A stretch of 64,000 nucleotides of DNA, taken from positions 10,850,001-10,914,000 of the forward strand of contig NW_024704752.1 in assembly GCF_018977255.1 (NCBI RefSeq), in the 5' to 3' direction. This DNA is from Callorhinchus milii (lineage: Eukaryota). A program made the position numbers and the translations under genes. Within the stretch, counting starts at the first letter, position 1; every line of letters begins with the position of its first letter. The notes under the pieces were generated by a model that saw only the letters and a program-made list of their open reading frames with translations, was not told the DNA's origin and made no database searches. Shown piece after piece: positions 37,801 through 51,125 of the stretch.

Positions 37801-40433
37801 AAAACTTAATGATCCCCAAATTAATCTATTACTCTTGATTAATTTTACAGGTACCACCACACAAGCCCGATCACGTGCCTTTTTGCACTGAGAGAAGCGC
37901 TTGCAATTCTTGCTGAACAAGTGAGTATTATCAATTAATTTTGACTCTGTGTCGTGACAGATATCAACATATTTTTCCACTTTTGCACCCGTTGTCCACA
38001 TGAAGCACTTCCAAGTCAAATATAGCCTAAGTTGAGTGCAGAGTCTTTTGCACTGTTCCATTGAGCTGTCCAACGCTACATACAGTGATATCTATTTACA
38101 GAGTTCCCTCTACTAACGTGCTTCAAGCTTAGCCTTATACAACCTTATTGTACATCCCAAACCAGCTCCTATTCTTAGTGCAGTCTGAGCTGAAAGTGCT
38201 AATTTAGTGCTGTATTATGAAGATTGTTCGGAGACTGCCCCACATTCATTTTCTGTAGAGCTATTTGAGCTGAGTGAAGAACTTGCCTCTATTAAACTGG
38301 CTCGATTGGAAGGCGAGAGGTAAGAGCAGCATACTGACCCACTCCACTGTCCCGTTACAGTGGGTATGACATAATGGGGACCTGCTGCAGTTTGGCACTA
38401 ACATCAGGTGCTGACACCTGGTTCTCACGCACATGTAGGATTGCTTAGAGCAGTCTGTGTGTGTGTGTGTGTGTGTGTGGGAACTTTTTATCCATAATTT
38501 TCAAAAATGGAAACCATTCGCGACCCAACCCTATGCAATATCAATCACAGAGCATTGCTGCAATATACGCTGATAAAATATCAAAGGTTATTACATAGGG
38601 AGGGTTAAAAACACACTTGTATGGGCTTTAGAAAAAAGAGAAAAAACATTGATGAGATATTTCCGTTATTATTTGCCGTTGTCTGATAAAATGAGTAACA
38701 TAATTTTGCTGTCTCCTCGCAGGGGCTTGAGAATTATTGGAAGCTTCACCAGGAGAATGCTGAGTACTTGCATAAAGGGCTGGAGGATTTGGGATTAAAA
38801 CTCTTTGTAAAGGACAAGGTAAGAAATATAATATATATGTATATATCGAAAATTAAGAGTGGAGAAAGAACTAGAGGTCTATTGAATTCACTCCCATGAT
38901 AATTAAACCCCATTCCAACTCCCACCAATTCTAACTAACTTCTCTCTTGTTCCTGGCTGCCCAAACCTCAGGAATGAACAGTATTGCACTGAGAGAGCAG
39001 CTAGTATGGTGCCAGTCCACAGTATGACTTCAACAACAACAAAATTACATTTGTATTATGCCTTTCACGTCGGGAGGACGTCCCAAGGCGCTGGACAGAG
39101 TTACGGATCCAAGCTGAGGGTCGTGGTGGGGGAGGGGGGGAAGCAGGGAGATTGAAAGCACAGTCAAAGAGGAGGGTCTTGAGGTGGGTCTTGAAGGTGG
39201 CGAGGAAGGGGACAAGATGGAGGGACTGTGGGATGGAGTTCCAGAGTGTGGATGCAGAGTAGCGGAAGGCCCGCCCGCCGATAGTGGGGCGAGCGAGGAG
39301 GGAGGAGTTGGGCAAGGATTGGGATGATAGGGTCGCAGAGCCCGGTGCGGGAGAGGACACGGGCTGCAGAGTTCTGGATGATCTGCAGCAGTGGAAGGAG
39401 GAGTTGGGGTGGCCGACAAGCAGTGAGTTTGCAGTCGAGCCTCGATGTAATGAAGGAGTGTATGAAGGTTTCGGCAGCCTGTGGTATGAGACAGTGTCGG
39501 AGTCGAGCGAGGTTGCCGTAGGCGTGATCGAAATGGAAGTTCATCAGGCTTCACACCAAGCTGGTGACAGGATATTAAACTGAGTGTTTCTACTGCTGCT
39601 CTGAGTGTTTCAGCATGTGAAAACTCTGAAAAGGGAATTCTATTCATTGGTACAAAGTGCTGTGTGTCAGCAAAAAACAAGTATACATGCACTGTAAAAT
39701 GTGTACTGGTTCCAAGTTTTATTGAGATTCTGACTGCAACTTTTTTTAAGATAGCGAAAAAAATATTATAAGGAAATTGCAATCAAGAGTAAACAATTTA
39801 ATACTGTATCTATGTTGTGATTAAACTCTCGTTACTTATTTTGAATCTCAACATTTCTACATACTGTATTACAAGATTATTGTATTGTAATGCAAGGATT
39901 ATTATAATGGAAGACAAAGTTTAGCTGAATTTGTTTGTCCTTTTAATTTTCAGAGCATGAGACTCCCTACAGTTACAACTATTGCTGTGCCAGAAGGATA
40001 TGAGTGGAAAGACATCACTAACTTTATTATGAAGAATTACCAGATTGAGATTACTGGTGGATTGGGCCCTACAATTGGCATGGTATGTGAGAAGGTTTGG
40101 TTTGCTCCCTTTGGAATATACACAAACTAAACTATGCATGGTTTAAGGTATCAGTTCTGTTGAAAGCATGGCAAATGCCAATATCTATGTCAGTGATCTG
40201 ATCTGTACTTCTAGTATAATTGTGCTTCTATGTAAAGGAAACGATTGTCTCGGTTTCCTGAAGGGGCTTTACATTGGTCACATCTGTTTCAAGGCCTACA
40301 AATGTACTTGCTCCTTGTTTTCTAGGTTTTGCGGATTGGATTAATGGGAATCAACTGTACTAAAGCCAATGCGGACCTGGTGATCCGAGCTTTGAAGGAT
40401 GCCCTTGAGCACTGCAAAAAAAGCAAACACTGA
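31860..40433 (+). CDS. AGXT: Alanine-glyoxylate / serine-pyruvate aminotransferase (PLP class V), 11 exons; long form from ATG 31860, short form from ATG 32004
   Basis: Exons 31860-32171, 33176-33368, 33926-33990, 34478-34578, 35356-35426, 36591-36675 (GC donor), 37245-37340, 37851-37920, 38723-38818, 39954-40082, 40326-40433. Motifs: [50 protein letters not shown] (PLP Lys), [26 protein letters not shown]. Confidence 0.97.
35910..36140 (+). mobile_element. CR1-type LINE 3' end
   Basis: ..TTTCAAGAGAGAAGTGCATAGATATTTG..GCACGCTGGGCCAAATGGCCTCCTGTGCTGTA..GATTCTATGAT is a typical CR1 tail. Similar pieces lie at about 42560-42630 and 62900-62995. Confidence 0.65.
36174..36533 (+). mobile_element. 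tRNA-derived SINE, long form
   Basis: Contains the internal CTAGCAGTAAG..GGAACCC..TAGTCGATTGG segment and the tail. Confidence 0.88.
39030..39545 (-). mobile_element. L2 LINE 3' fragment (RT C-terminal region)
   Basis: [68 protein letters not shown], frameshifted. Confidence 0.9.
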
Positions 40434-42754
40434 AGCAATGACACCGGACACTGATAGCATCGATACTGTCCAAATAACTGAACATTACAATCAGATTACA
40501 TGTTTTACTCTGATAGCAGAAACCAGCTTCCAAGTGCGGCAAACCCCCAGCAATGACCATAGTGCCTAAAGGACCAGTCGTCCAGTTTAGATAACTGTTA
40601 GAATGCCTAGCATCACATAGGCCAGTCTTTTGGACAGATATTACATCAGATCTTTTTTCTATTAATTGCAACAAATTTTACTTTCGGGAAGGAAGGTGGT
40701 GGATGGTTAATCTGTTCCTATTGAATTGATCTTATACTAACTGTTGATCATGATACCTTTTTTCTTAAATTAAAAAAAAATGAACCATTTTAGGTTTGGA
40801 GATTAGTTATTTTGCCTTATGTTCTGCTAGATTAGTGTTGTTACCTTCAACATAGTTTAGATGCCAGTTTTTTGGGGGGGAGGATGGTAAAAGTCTGGAC
40901 CTAGGCCTTACACAATAAGATAAAATGTTTTCCACAATAAATTGAGGTGTATCAACGAGGCCCTAACGCTCCTGATAATCAGTCGCTCATCTGACAATGG
41001 GGGGGAAGAGAGACATCAGGGCTCCCAAAGAATGTCTAGTGTAACTTTTAGATACTGTGATTTGTGGAACGTGGCAGCTCTCAAGATATTAATTACAATT
41101 ATGTATAGTATGAATAATCTAATGTATTAAGAATCTAGTGCTGGATATTTACTGAATAAACAGTTAAGTCAAATTATTTTGTTTTCATTTAATTTTTTCA
41201 AAATCCACTTTCACTTACCCGATTCCCTCTTCCTCAGACTTTCTGTCCATTTGAGAGGCATCAAAAATAATTACCTTTGATTGGTTGCAATAGTTTTCAG
41301 ACAGCTGTGGCTTACACACACCAAAGATCGACACCACAGTCACAACCAGCCCATGATGTAGTTTTTCTGTATCAAATGCAGGAGCATTAGATAACTCTAT
41401 GAACAGTTTATTTTCTGTTAGGCTTTATGTAAAAGGTGCTATATAAATGAAAAATGAAAGTTGTTTTTGCTGTGCTGAAATGGGTCAGTGAATATATAAT
41501 CCAAAAACAAATCAACATTGAATGCTAAATTTACTTTGCTGGTCTTATTTGGTCCATTTATTTGAATGGCAACAGGGTTGAGTGCATCCGGGCAGAGTCA
41601 TTCAAAAAGAATATATGTACGAGTGAACATGGGCATTTAAGAGACACATTTTACAGCTAGCAAACAAAATAGCTATTTCTAAGAGAGTTCCATGAATGTT
41701 CTTCCCTTTATATTAGGAGGTATAGAGTTAAACAAAAACAACCTGAATAAAAGGCAATAAGGAACTTTTAAAAAAACTTAATTCAGTAGGATTGCTTAAA
41801 TCCTGGAGGGCAGATGATTGTGTGGCATCTATTGTGTGCAAGAGTAAAAACCCAATATATCCACAAGCAAGTTGGTTTAAATGTAGAACAGTAGAAACCT
41901 GAGAATTACTGTCTGGTGTCAAATCAAAGGGATCAATTGCTGATAAATAAGAGAAACCCAGATGGGAGATACAAGGTGGCAGATTAAATTAAATGTGTGG
42001 ATAGAATAATGGAATCCAGCAAAGTCTCCATATGTATCCAACAGTTAGTCATTGACTAATCAGATTGCATCTGGGAAGTCACTGCTTCTTGCGAGGCTGA
42101 AGGGAGTGTTTCTGTTTACAGTAGGTAACATTTCACTGCATTTCACTGGGAACCGAGGGTTGATTATTAAGACTGGTGGAGGCGGTCAGCGACTCGCCCT
42201 AGCGGGCTGCAAGTCACTATTTTAGGTTTAAATCAAGCTCGGAAAAAAGACTGGAGTGATTCCCCCCAAAACAACAAGGAAACACCTGCAAGTAACATGA
42301 AAGTTTTTTTTTGCAAATAATTGCAGTCCGCTTTGTTTCGGGCCCTTGCTGGAGACCTATAATCGCCTCTCCTGAAAGGGTGGGCAGCCGACCTACTTCC
42401 AGACCTTTTTCCAAGATACTGACGAGCTGGGCATGGTGAAATGTTATTCCAGTCTCTTTCCTATTTTCAGGGGAAAATACCGACCAACTGCAACCTAACA
42501 GTCTAACAGAGTTGATGTAGCTCATCCCATGGGAATTCACCACTCAGTGACCCCCTAATGCCAGCACATTAATCTGTGAAGGCTGAATGGCCTCCTTTTG
42601 TGCTGTAAATTTCTATGGTTCTATGTATTGTGTCACTGGGCTGCCTGCAAAACTCCTTTTAAATGTTGTCAGCGAGTCCTTTTTCTTCCTTTGTGCATCT
42701 ATGAATTTCTCTTGGCAGTGATCAATCTCACCGCAAAACATTTTGGAGACTGTC

Positions 42755-45700
42755 CTACTGCCCAGCCTGAGCAGTGAACCCCTCCAGTTCATTAACCGCT
42801 TGCTTCAGGTCTTCAACAACGATGTCTACATCTGCTTTTGATGTTGTACGTCCGACACTTATCCGAAGTGCGTTGATTGCTACCGCATGAGGAATGCCGC
42901 AGGTCAGTAAGATACGTGAAGGCCTGGAAAACAAGACTTAAAAAAGTATTGACCTCGAAAAAGCTATTTTGCCCATCAAAAACTTCCCCTTCACCCAACC
43001 TGCCCTAAATACAATTGTTTCATCATTTGAAGTGAAGTTCTACAAAACTACTTTCCCACAAATACAAACACAAAACATTACGTATTGAATTGCATTCACA
43101 GCTTCATTATTAGACGTTGAATAGTTGGTTTCTGTTGATTATATTTCTATGGTCTTCATATCATATTGCATTCTATTGAGCATTTCTTGGGGAAAGGAAG
43201 AAGTATAACAAATAAACCTTGCATTTGATATGAAAGGACCAACGTGGTTCATAATATATTGATTTACAGAGACTGTGATTAATTCTATGCACTTGATTTA
43301 GCCCCTAAAACTGTCAGTCAAAGCTCATAAAAGTGCGTGCGCCAATAGTTCGTAGTGGGAGCCTTCAGATTTCTTGTTCGGTGACTTGCTCAGACCGGAA
43401 ATCAAACTCTGCAGAAAATAAAATAGGATGTACAACATACACCGGTAGTTTACCAAAAAACAAAGCAAGTGAGTCTACTTTGAGAACTCCATAGATCCTC
43501 TGGTCCACCTTTCAAAAGTTGTGTGAAGCTCACCCTCCACTAATAGATCTCAGATAAACCACTTGGTTGGTCAGGTAACAATTTGAAACCATTATGTGAC
43601 AGTTGTTTTGTATTCTCACAGATAATACTGACCAGGAAAGTCTTACCTGTCACCTTGATCAGAATGGCATGCAGCTCCCACACTTGCCAGAAGTCTTTGA
43701 CAGTTCAGTAACACCTTTTGGCCTACAGGACAACAAAATAGTTAGTTTGGCTGCATTGCAAGTCTTATTGATTTTGTGGAACCTCTTGGAAGTCTCTCGG
43801 TGAACAGCATGAAAATGTTAAGATTACTGCTCCATTCTCCTGCCCACAGCCCCAACATACACCCCTCCCACTAGCAAAGGCCACACTAGTTGGAAATGTG
43901 AAGCTTGAGCAGCAGCTTCTTACCTCTCTGAAGGTTAAGGAACTATACAAAAGTTAAAATTGCACATTATATCTTAATGGTACCTTTCAGATTTGGTCCC
44001 AGGATGGATACGTTGCAAGTGTTTGGTAGCCTGTCTGAGCCTTTGAAGTGACTGTTGAAATTAAGTTTCTCTTTTCCAAATGTAGCCTAGAAGAATGACA
44101 GGAAGAAAAAGCAATAAAACCTCTTCCAAATGCAGACTTTAAGCATCATGTAATATACAATATCCTTAATGAACCATTCACTCCTTAATATACTGTATAA
44201 CTGCGATGGACCAAGACTGTTCCCATCAGAAACCAAAGAAGCAAACATCATTGGCATAAATTTACAATGCACCTTCGCACAAGCAAATAATCTCCATTAG
44301 AAACCTTCAATATTGTGATGCTTTTACTTACAATATTAACCCTATATAAAACCAAGTCTGATCCAGACATGATAATGCTCACCCAAGATGAGAAAAATAA
44401 ATTATATTACTTCTAAACATTGTCACATACCAGAAGTTTCTCTTCTAGATAATCCTTCACTTCCCGCATATGACTTGAATATTCCTCAAGTTTCCTGACA
44501 ACCAGCTCAGCAGCCTAGGAGGTGAGAGCAGTAAAATTATTGGTCCCAGTCATTTTGCTTTGATTGTGGAGTCCTGTAGCTTTGTGGTTAGAGCACTTGC
44601 CTTGCAAGTGAGAGGACCTGGGTTTGATTCCCTGATAGGGCGAAACGTTGGGCCAGTTTCCTTACTCCACATGCCTCTGTTTACCTAGCAGTAAGTAGGA
44701 ACCCGGTTGTTAGTCGATTGGCGAATCACTTTTCTGGGGCTAATAATCCCTAATAAATTATTAATATAATTTCTTCTCTCTGAAAGGTTTCCTTCTTGAT
44801 TGTTATAATATGAACAGTTCTCTCCATGCATCTGCAAAAGCACATTTGGGGTTATAAATAATTGTAATTTTAACAATAGAATTTGATTACACATCTTTAA
44901 TGTGTAAGTTAAAATGACATCTAAATTGTTTAAACCACAGAGGCAATTTATTGAAACTTATCAAACAAAAGAGAATGGTGCTTAGCTCCACATTAATGAA
45001 TGCACCGCATGGAGCAGAAAGAGCTGACTTGCATCTGTAAACTTTCTGTAACTATGGTTGCCAGAACTATACATGTGATCTCAATAGTATCCTACAGACT
45101 GATGTCTGGCAGCAGATGAGCGTCTTTAATTTCAGTGGTAGGTGGCAGATACAGTAAGTATTGTTTACCTTCCCAAGTCCTGCAATCATTGGCGTGTTCT
45201 CTGTACTGGGAATTAAAGAGACACAAATAATGAGGCTAAATATATCTACGAAAAGGAAATTGCAATTTCTACGCCACTATATTTACCAATATCCTTTAAT
45301 AAGTAATTTCAAAGTCGTTATAAAATTGTTCTGTGGTCTCTTCAATACCTTTATTAAGGTGAACTTAGACTGCAATGTGTAGACATTAGCATTCAGGATC
45401 AGAACTTACCCTGGACGGAAATTTCTTTCCTGGCCTCCTCCAAAGAACATAGGGTGCAAGGGTGAGCTAGTGCCTGGTCGTTTTACGTACAGCGCTCCAA
45501 TCCGTGGGCCATAGAACTGTGAGGAGGGCAAAAAAAAATACTCTTATGAAATTAACAGGAAGATTTTGGTAGTGTGATGCCAGCTTCAGTTCTTCATATT
45601 AAATTTCTAATAAATTTTAGATTATTATGTACCATGTATATTAAGAGTGGGAGATCATTATTAGAACACTGTTACAGACGGCTTGTGTATTTCCTTCTGG

Positions 45701-48700
45701 TGATTCAGGTGAACCCACCCTATGGTGTGGTACAGAGGCATCCGGGGTGAATGTATTACAATTGCTTCACTGTACCCCGAGAGGAAGGGAAAATATCTTC
45801 CAGGTTTTCTGCTAATGTTTGTAATTGAGGGATCACCCCCTGTGAGAAAGCAAGCAGTGCATCAGACAAGAACAGAGCACGGCTCAGATGTGATATCTTC
45901 CTTCCCAGAATGAATAACCTGGCAAATGTTAACACATAGACTCATGCATAAAGTTCACACCCAATGAACCATATTGGAAAAAACTTCCCCTTTAACAAGT
46001 TACTAAATTGTAAGGATAGTCATCCCTTTTGCATTCAGAGGCCAGGTGGATTTGACCAGTTTGCAAGCTCATATGCAATGAATGCAGAGCACAAGGGTCC
46101 AAAGTGTGCTAATTTTGTCCAAATTCCAAATTGTCCAAATTCTGCCTTGCCCATTCCACCATTGGGGGTGCGGCCCTTCAGCCTCTCTGCCTCCACCATC
46201 TGGAACTCCATCCCACAGTCCCTTCGTCTCACCCCCTCCCTTGCCTCCTTCAAGATCCATCACAAGACCCTCCTCTTTGACCATGGCTTTGGTCACCCTC
46301 TTACCCCTACCCTCCTCACTCTCCACCCCTCCTGACCCCAACCACCAGCTCGGGTGCGGCTCCCTGACTGTCTAGCGCCTTGGGACGTCCTCCTGAAGTG
46401 AAAGGTGCTATACAAATGTAACTTCTTGTTGTTGATACACCAGGGAACTGGACTCAAATAACCCCGTTACCTTGTGCCCTACAATGGTGAGGTAATCCAC
46501 GCCAAGGTCGTGTACATCAACCCGCACCTTCCCAATGGCCTGGGCTGCGTCCGTGTGCAGCAGGATTCTGGGCAGTTCGGAGTCTCTGTTCTGATTTAGG
46601 GTCTTCACCTGCTGACTAATCTCAGCAACCGGCTGCAATTCAAACATATCAGATGCTAATTGGCATTTCATGTGCAATTTCTGTATAAATTGTGATCAGT
46701 AAACTGGGGATCAGTCAATTCACTTTACAGTATATTCTGTGAAGCGCTTTGAGATGTCTCGAAGGCGTGAAAAGGCGCTATATCAAATGCAAGGATTATT
46801 ATTATTATCTGCCCTTTGAGGTGAGAATTTCCTTGTAGCCTTTTTCTACCTCATAGGATAGCATTTCACACGTTCCATCCAGTGACTCAACAGAACACCT
46901 TTGCTGAAGGGGGGAAATTAGGTATGAGCACGAGTACTGCATTGGAAGTTAAATTCAGTCTGGCGTGAATTCCTTCCAGTTTTCTACCAACTTTGCAGGT
47001 TACCTGGTTCCCAAAAAGAGAGCAAGATAAGAAAATGAGTACAACTGTCACTCTTACCATCAAGATTCCAGTCTCATTGTTAGCGAGCATAACAGATATA
47101 AGGCAAGTGGTGGGCCTAACAGCGGCAATAACATCATCCACCTCAATGCAACCAGTTACTTTTGAAACTGGCAAAAATGTAGCTTCTGAAAAGGAACAGC
47201 GAAAATATAATCAACATTCTTTCTCTTAAAGAAATACATCAGAGTCACCCTCTACAGTGACCTTGTGCTGGTGATCTTAGTGTGTCAGTTTGACTTAAAT
47301 GGCAGCAGTCTAACCTCTAGGTCAGAAGGATGCAAAATCAAGTCCCGCACCAAATCTCTTAATCCACACTGCTAGAAGTGTCATCCTTTGGGTCAGATGT
47401 TCAAACAATGTGCTGATGGTTCAGACGGGTCTATTTTGAAGAAGAGCAAGGAATTCTCCCAGTTCCCAACTGCCAAGATTTATCAGATACAAATTAGTCA
47501 TTGATATTATTATTTGTGGATAGACTCAGACATCTCAGCACTGAGCAGAGAATTCACAGCTCCTGAGAGTGTTGTGTCACAGTAATTAATGAAAGACACC
47601 ATTGTCAATAAATATCAGGAAAACCACTGTTACTAAAGACTAATGGATGCTTGCAGTAATCTACCAATCAACACCATGGAGGGAAAACATAATGGGGCAA
47701 TTCAAACTCAAGTTAGATCCTCTGATGAGAGAGTTTCTTTGTGGAGGGAACAAGTACAGGGCATTATTCATCCCAAGTTCTTGTAACTCATCAGAATTTT
47801 CTTAAAATATAACTTCAAAGAGTAAACTGTGTCTAGCAATTTCCCCTCTCCCCCCCCCCCGCAGACCGAAACTAAATAGCAAATGGCATGAAGCAAAACT
47901 TTTCTTAGCATAATATCACATTTAGAACACAAGTCTAAAGGCAAAGATCAGTTCTCACGTGCTTTTCCCTCCTTGACCAGATTGTCCGCAGTCAGGCTCA
48001 CCGAGTCGTGCTCCACATTTGACGTAATGATGTGAGGGAAGACTCGAGAATTCCCATCGTGCCCTCCTGCAGCACTGTTCATCCCTGCCTTGTGGTGGCT
48101 GTCCCAGAAGTGCTTGATCGCAGTGTAAAAGACTATATTGTTTGCCTGGAAACATGCAAAACTGTGAGCTTTAGTGAAGACTTCTTGCATTCAGTGCAGG
48201 AAATGTGAAGACCAGCAGTGTTTATAACTTTAGGAAGCTCAATCTCTAGTCATGGCATTCAGGGCTAAGCAACTATTTCTCACTTTATGGACTCAGCATC
48301 ATCATCAAATCCTCTAGATCTGCATCAACTAGGATTATAATCAGAATTATAAAGAATGCCTTTAAGGCAGACTCAGAAGACTGTACTGATACTTACATTT
48401 CCTGGACTGGTTTCCTTGTGCTTCTCAGGGTAAGATTGATAATTATCGACAGAGCAGTTCTGTCCTAGGGTCTCACAAGCAATTCACTCAGTGCCTAGTT
48501 TAATGACTCAAAGACAATGAAACTAAACACTCAAACAAATCCCTCCAGACAGAAGTGCACTGCTCTGTAGCAATGCAGGATTTGCTAATTGTAATAACCA
48601 CTATGTATGTTACATTAATAAGACCAAACTGAGGGATTCTGAAACATTCTCACCTCAGTTCCTCCAGAGGTAAATATGATATCTTCTGATCGACCTCCAA

Positions 48701-49259
48701 CCAGCTGCGCAATATTATCTCGTGACCAGTTTATCAACTCTTTTGCTTTCTTCCCTGGGTTGGATGAGGCACACAAGAAAATCACTTTCAGGGTTCACTA
48801 TTAGTCTATCTATAAAGTCAAATGAGACTTCTGATTCCTGAATTCACTAAATTTCTAAATTCCATTCAGTCAATTATTCAGTCGTTCAGTTTGCATCCTA
48901 CTCACCGGGAGTATATGAGCTACTGGGGTTTCCCCATGCTTCATGCATGGCTTCTGTAACCGCCTGGATTACCTCGGGGTCCAGAGGCGTGGTGGCATTG
49001 TAATCCATGTAAATGCTGTTTGAAATACAAAAAAATTTAATGCGAAATAACATTTTGAATTTTGTGAGGAGGTGTGAAGACCAGCCGTGTTTCTAACAGC
49101 ATTAAATTATTATTATATATATATATATATAGGCAGGCTACCCAACGTGGACATGTGTGTTCAGTTGGAACTTGAACGTACGACTGATTCCAACTGAGAT
49201 CCTCCGTCCTACACTCACCGGTTACATAAGGACCCATCTCTTCTATCTCTTTCTGTCAT
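42755..49259 (-). CDS. SCLY: Selenocysteine lyase (PLP class V, NifS-like), 434 aa, 12 coding exons
   Basis: Exons (minus) 49259-49219, 49015-48906, 48754-48654, 48145-47959, 47185-47058, 46632-46471, 45516-45410, 45205-45169, 44514-44431, 44086-43984, 43722-43647, 42923-42755; total 1305 nt. Motifs: [32 protein letters not shown] (Asp typical of SCLY), [47 protein letters not shown]. Confidence 0.96.
44568..44755 (+). mobile_element. tRNA-derived SINE, long form, 3'-truncated
   Basis: GGAGTCCTGTAGCT..GGTTAGAGCAC..CTAGCAGTAAGTAGGAACCCGGTTGTTAGTCGATTGG. Confidence 0.85.
46140..46435 (+). mobile_element. L2 3' fragment
   Basis: [27 protein letters not shown] plus tail AGCGCCTTGGGACGTCC..GAAAGGTGCTATACAAATG. 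Confidence 0.85.
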
Positions 49260-50519
49260 GTTCTGATCACTGTGAGAAGCTGGGCACTGATCAGCTGCTA
49301 TAGTGGTGGCATTCCTTTTTATTACTCAGTCTTCCAGATTACCGACAAAGCTGAAAAACTTTTAAAAGAGAAATAAAATTATCCATTTCTGAACACGGTG
49401 ATGGAACAAACAATGGGAACAACAACATTTGACCGACGGACATAAGCGCTCTGGGGCATTACCCTGCGTGAGGTGCGCGATCTAAATGCAAATTGTTGTT
49501 GTTGACTGTGTCATACTGGATCAACTAAGCCTACTAACTGCCCCTGGCAATGGACCAGACCACCCTGGTCTAAACCAACACTGAAACTTGTTGTTGTTCT
49601 TCAAATGTCAAAATATTTTTAAACAAACGTAAACAACAAAAAGACATGATTATGATTAGTTTGAACATGAAATCCCGCTGACAAGATTACCGCAAAACCA
49701 AACAAAACATCTTTATGAGATGTTTCCCCCCTTTTCAATTCTCATTAATGCAGCTGCTGCTTCAAAACACATTGAACCAACTACACAGAGCACACACGCA
49801 AGATTAAACCTTTGACACGAACACACATACAGCATTCGTCATACACCCAATCTGTGCAAGTGATAAACTACTATTATCAAAGACGTGATGAGGCACTATA
49901 TCAAATGCAAGGATTATTATTATTATTATTACTAAAGTTCTCTGGAAAACGCACAATATTGAATGCATCTCAACGCTGAAGTCGGCAGATCGTAGCGCGT
50001 TTGATTAATCGCGCTTTCCCTCAACCGAAACAGGGGCAAAAAAGTGCACGTGAAAAACCAACCACCACCACGTGGAGTTAAGCTGAAACACACTTGATCG
50101 GAGTGACACAGCCCCCGCAGCGCTCGGTCGCAGGGCGAAAGACAACAACAACAACAACCACAAAATGACATTTATGGAGCGCCTTTCACGTCGGGAGGAC
50201 GTCCCAAAGCGCTGCGATAAGCTTTTGCCTGGAAACGTGCCCTCCCCCCCCCCACAAAAAAAAAACTGTGAGCTTTCGAGTGAAGACTTCTCTTGAACGT
50301 TGCCTTCAGCTCCCCTCTCGACTCTCTACCCCCCTCCTCGCTCCCTCCCTCCCTTCCCTCCCCCCACTCAGACCATCTCCCCCCCCACCCCAATGCCCGG
50401 GTCCCGACCCAACTGTCCGGCCCCTTGGGACGTCCTCCCGACGTGAAAGGCGCTCTATAAAGGCAATCTTGTTGTTGTTGTCGAGTTCAGGGCAGGTGAT
50501 GACCAGTAGCAGTGAGAGG

Positions 50520-51090
50520 CCAATGACCTCTCTCCCCCTCCCTCCCTCCCTCCGTCCCTCCCTCCCTCTCCCTCAACCTTTCACTCCTTATTAGGGAAAC
50601 CAGCTTTACTCCTGGTGTCATTGCTCTGTGTCCCTTCCTGTTGTGCTCAGGCTCTGCCATCTCCCCCCCACCCACCTCCCCCCCCTCCACCTCCCCCCCC
50701 TCCACCTCCCCCCCCTCCACCTTCCTCCTCCCCCCCTCCACCTCCCCCCCACCCCCCCCCTCCTCCTCCCCTCCACCCCCTCCCCCTCCTCCACCTCCCT
50801 CCTCCCCCCCTCCACCTCCCTCCCCCCCCCTCCTCCCCCCCACCCCCTCTCCCCCCCCTCAGACCAACTGGGGCCCCTTTGAACATGTCTCAGCCTCTGC
50901 CCCCCCCCCCCCCCCACTCTCTCTCAGTCACCATCAGACGCCCTCCTGTCCCCTCACCCTCAGCTCCCGGTTGGTAAAACGGATCAATCCTCAGCTCCTG
51001 TTATCCGCCCTCTCCCCCCCCTCTCCCCCCGGAGCTGCCGGCGCCGCCTCCCTCCCTGCACAGCGCCCCCTGCGGCGCCGGAGGGTCCAC
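50520..51090. repeat. Polypyrimidine (C-run) low-complexity tract within the CpG-rich region upstream of SCLY
   Basis: CCTCCCCCCCTCCA-like units, the source of the poly-P/poly-G ORFs. Confidence 0.85.
51061..51078 (-). promoter_or_regulatory. CTCF-like motif
   Basis: Minus strand reads GCGCCGCAGGGGGCGCTG, matching the CCRCNAGGGGGCGC core. Confidence 0.5.
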
Positions 51091-51125
51091 TGCAACACCA
51101 CCACCACCACCACCACCAACAACAA

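Noticed and set aside
41200-42750. SECIS element or UGA-Sec recoding in SCLY
   Set aside because: The reconstructed CDS has no in-frame TGA and ends in TAG; no convincing SECIS was seen by eye.
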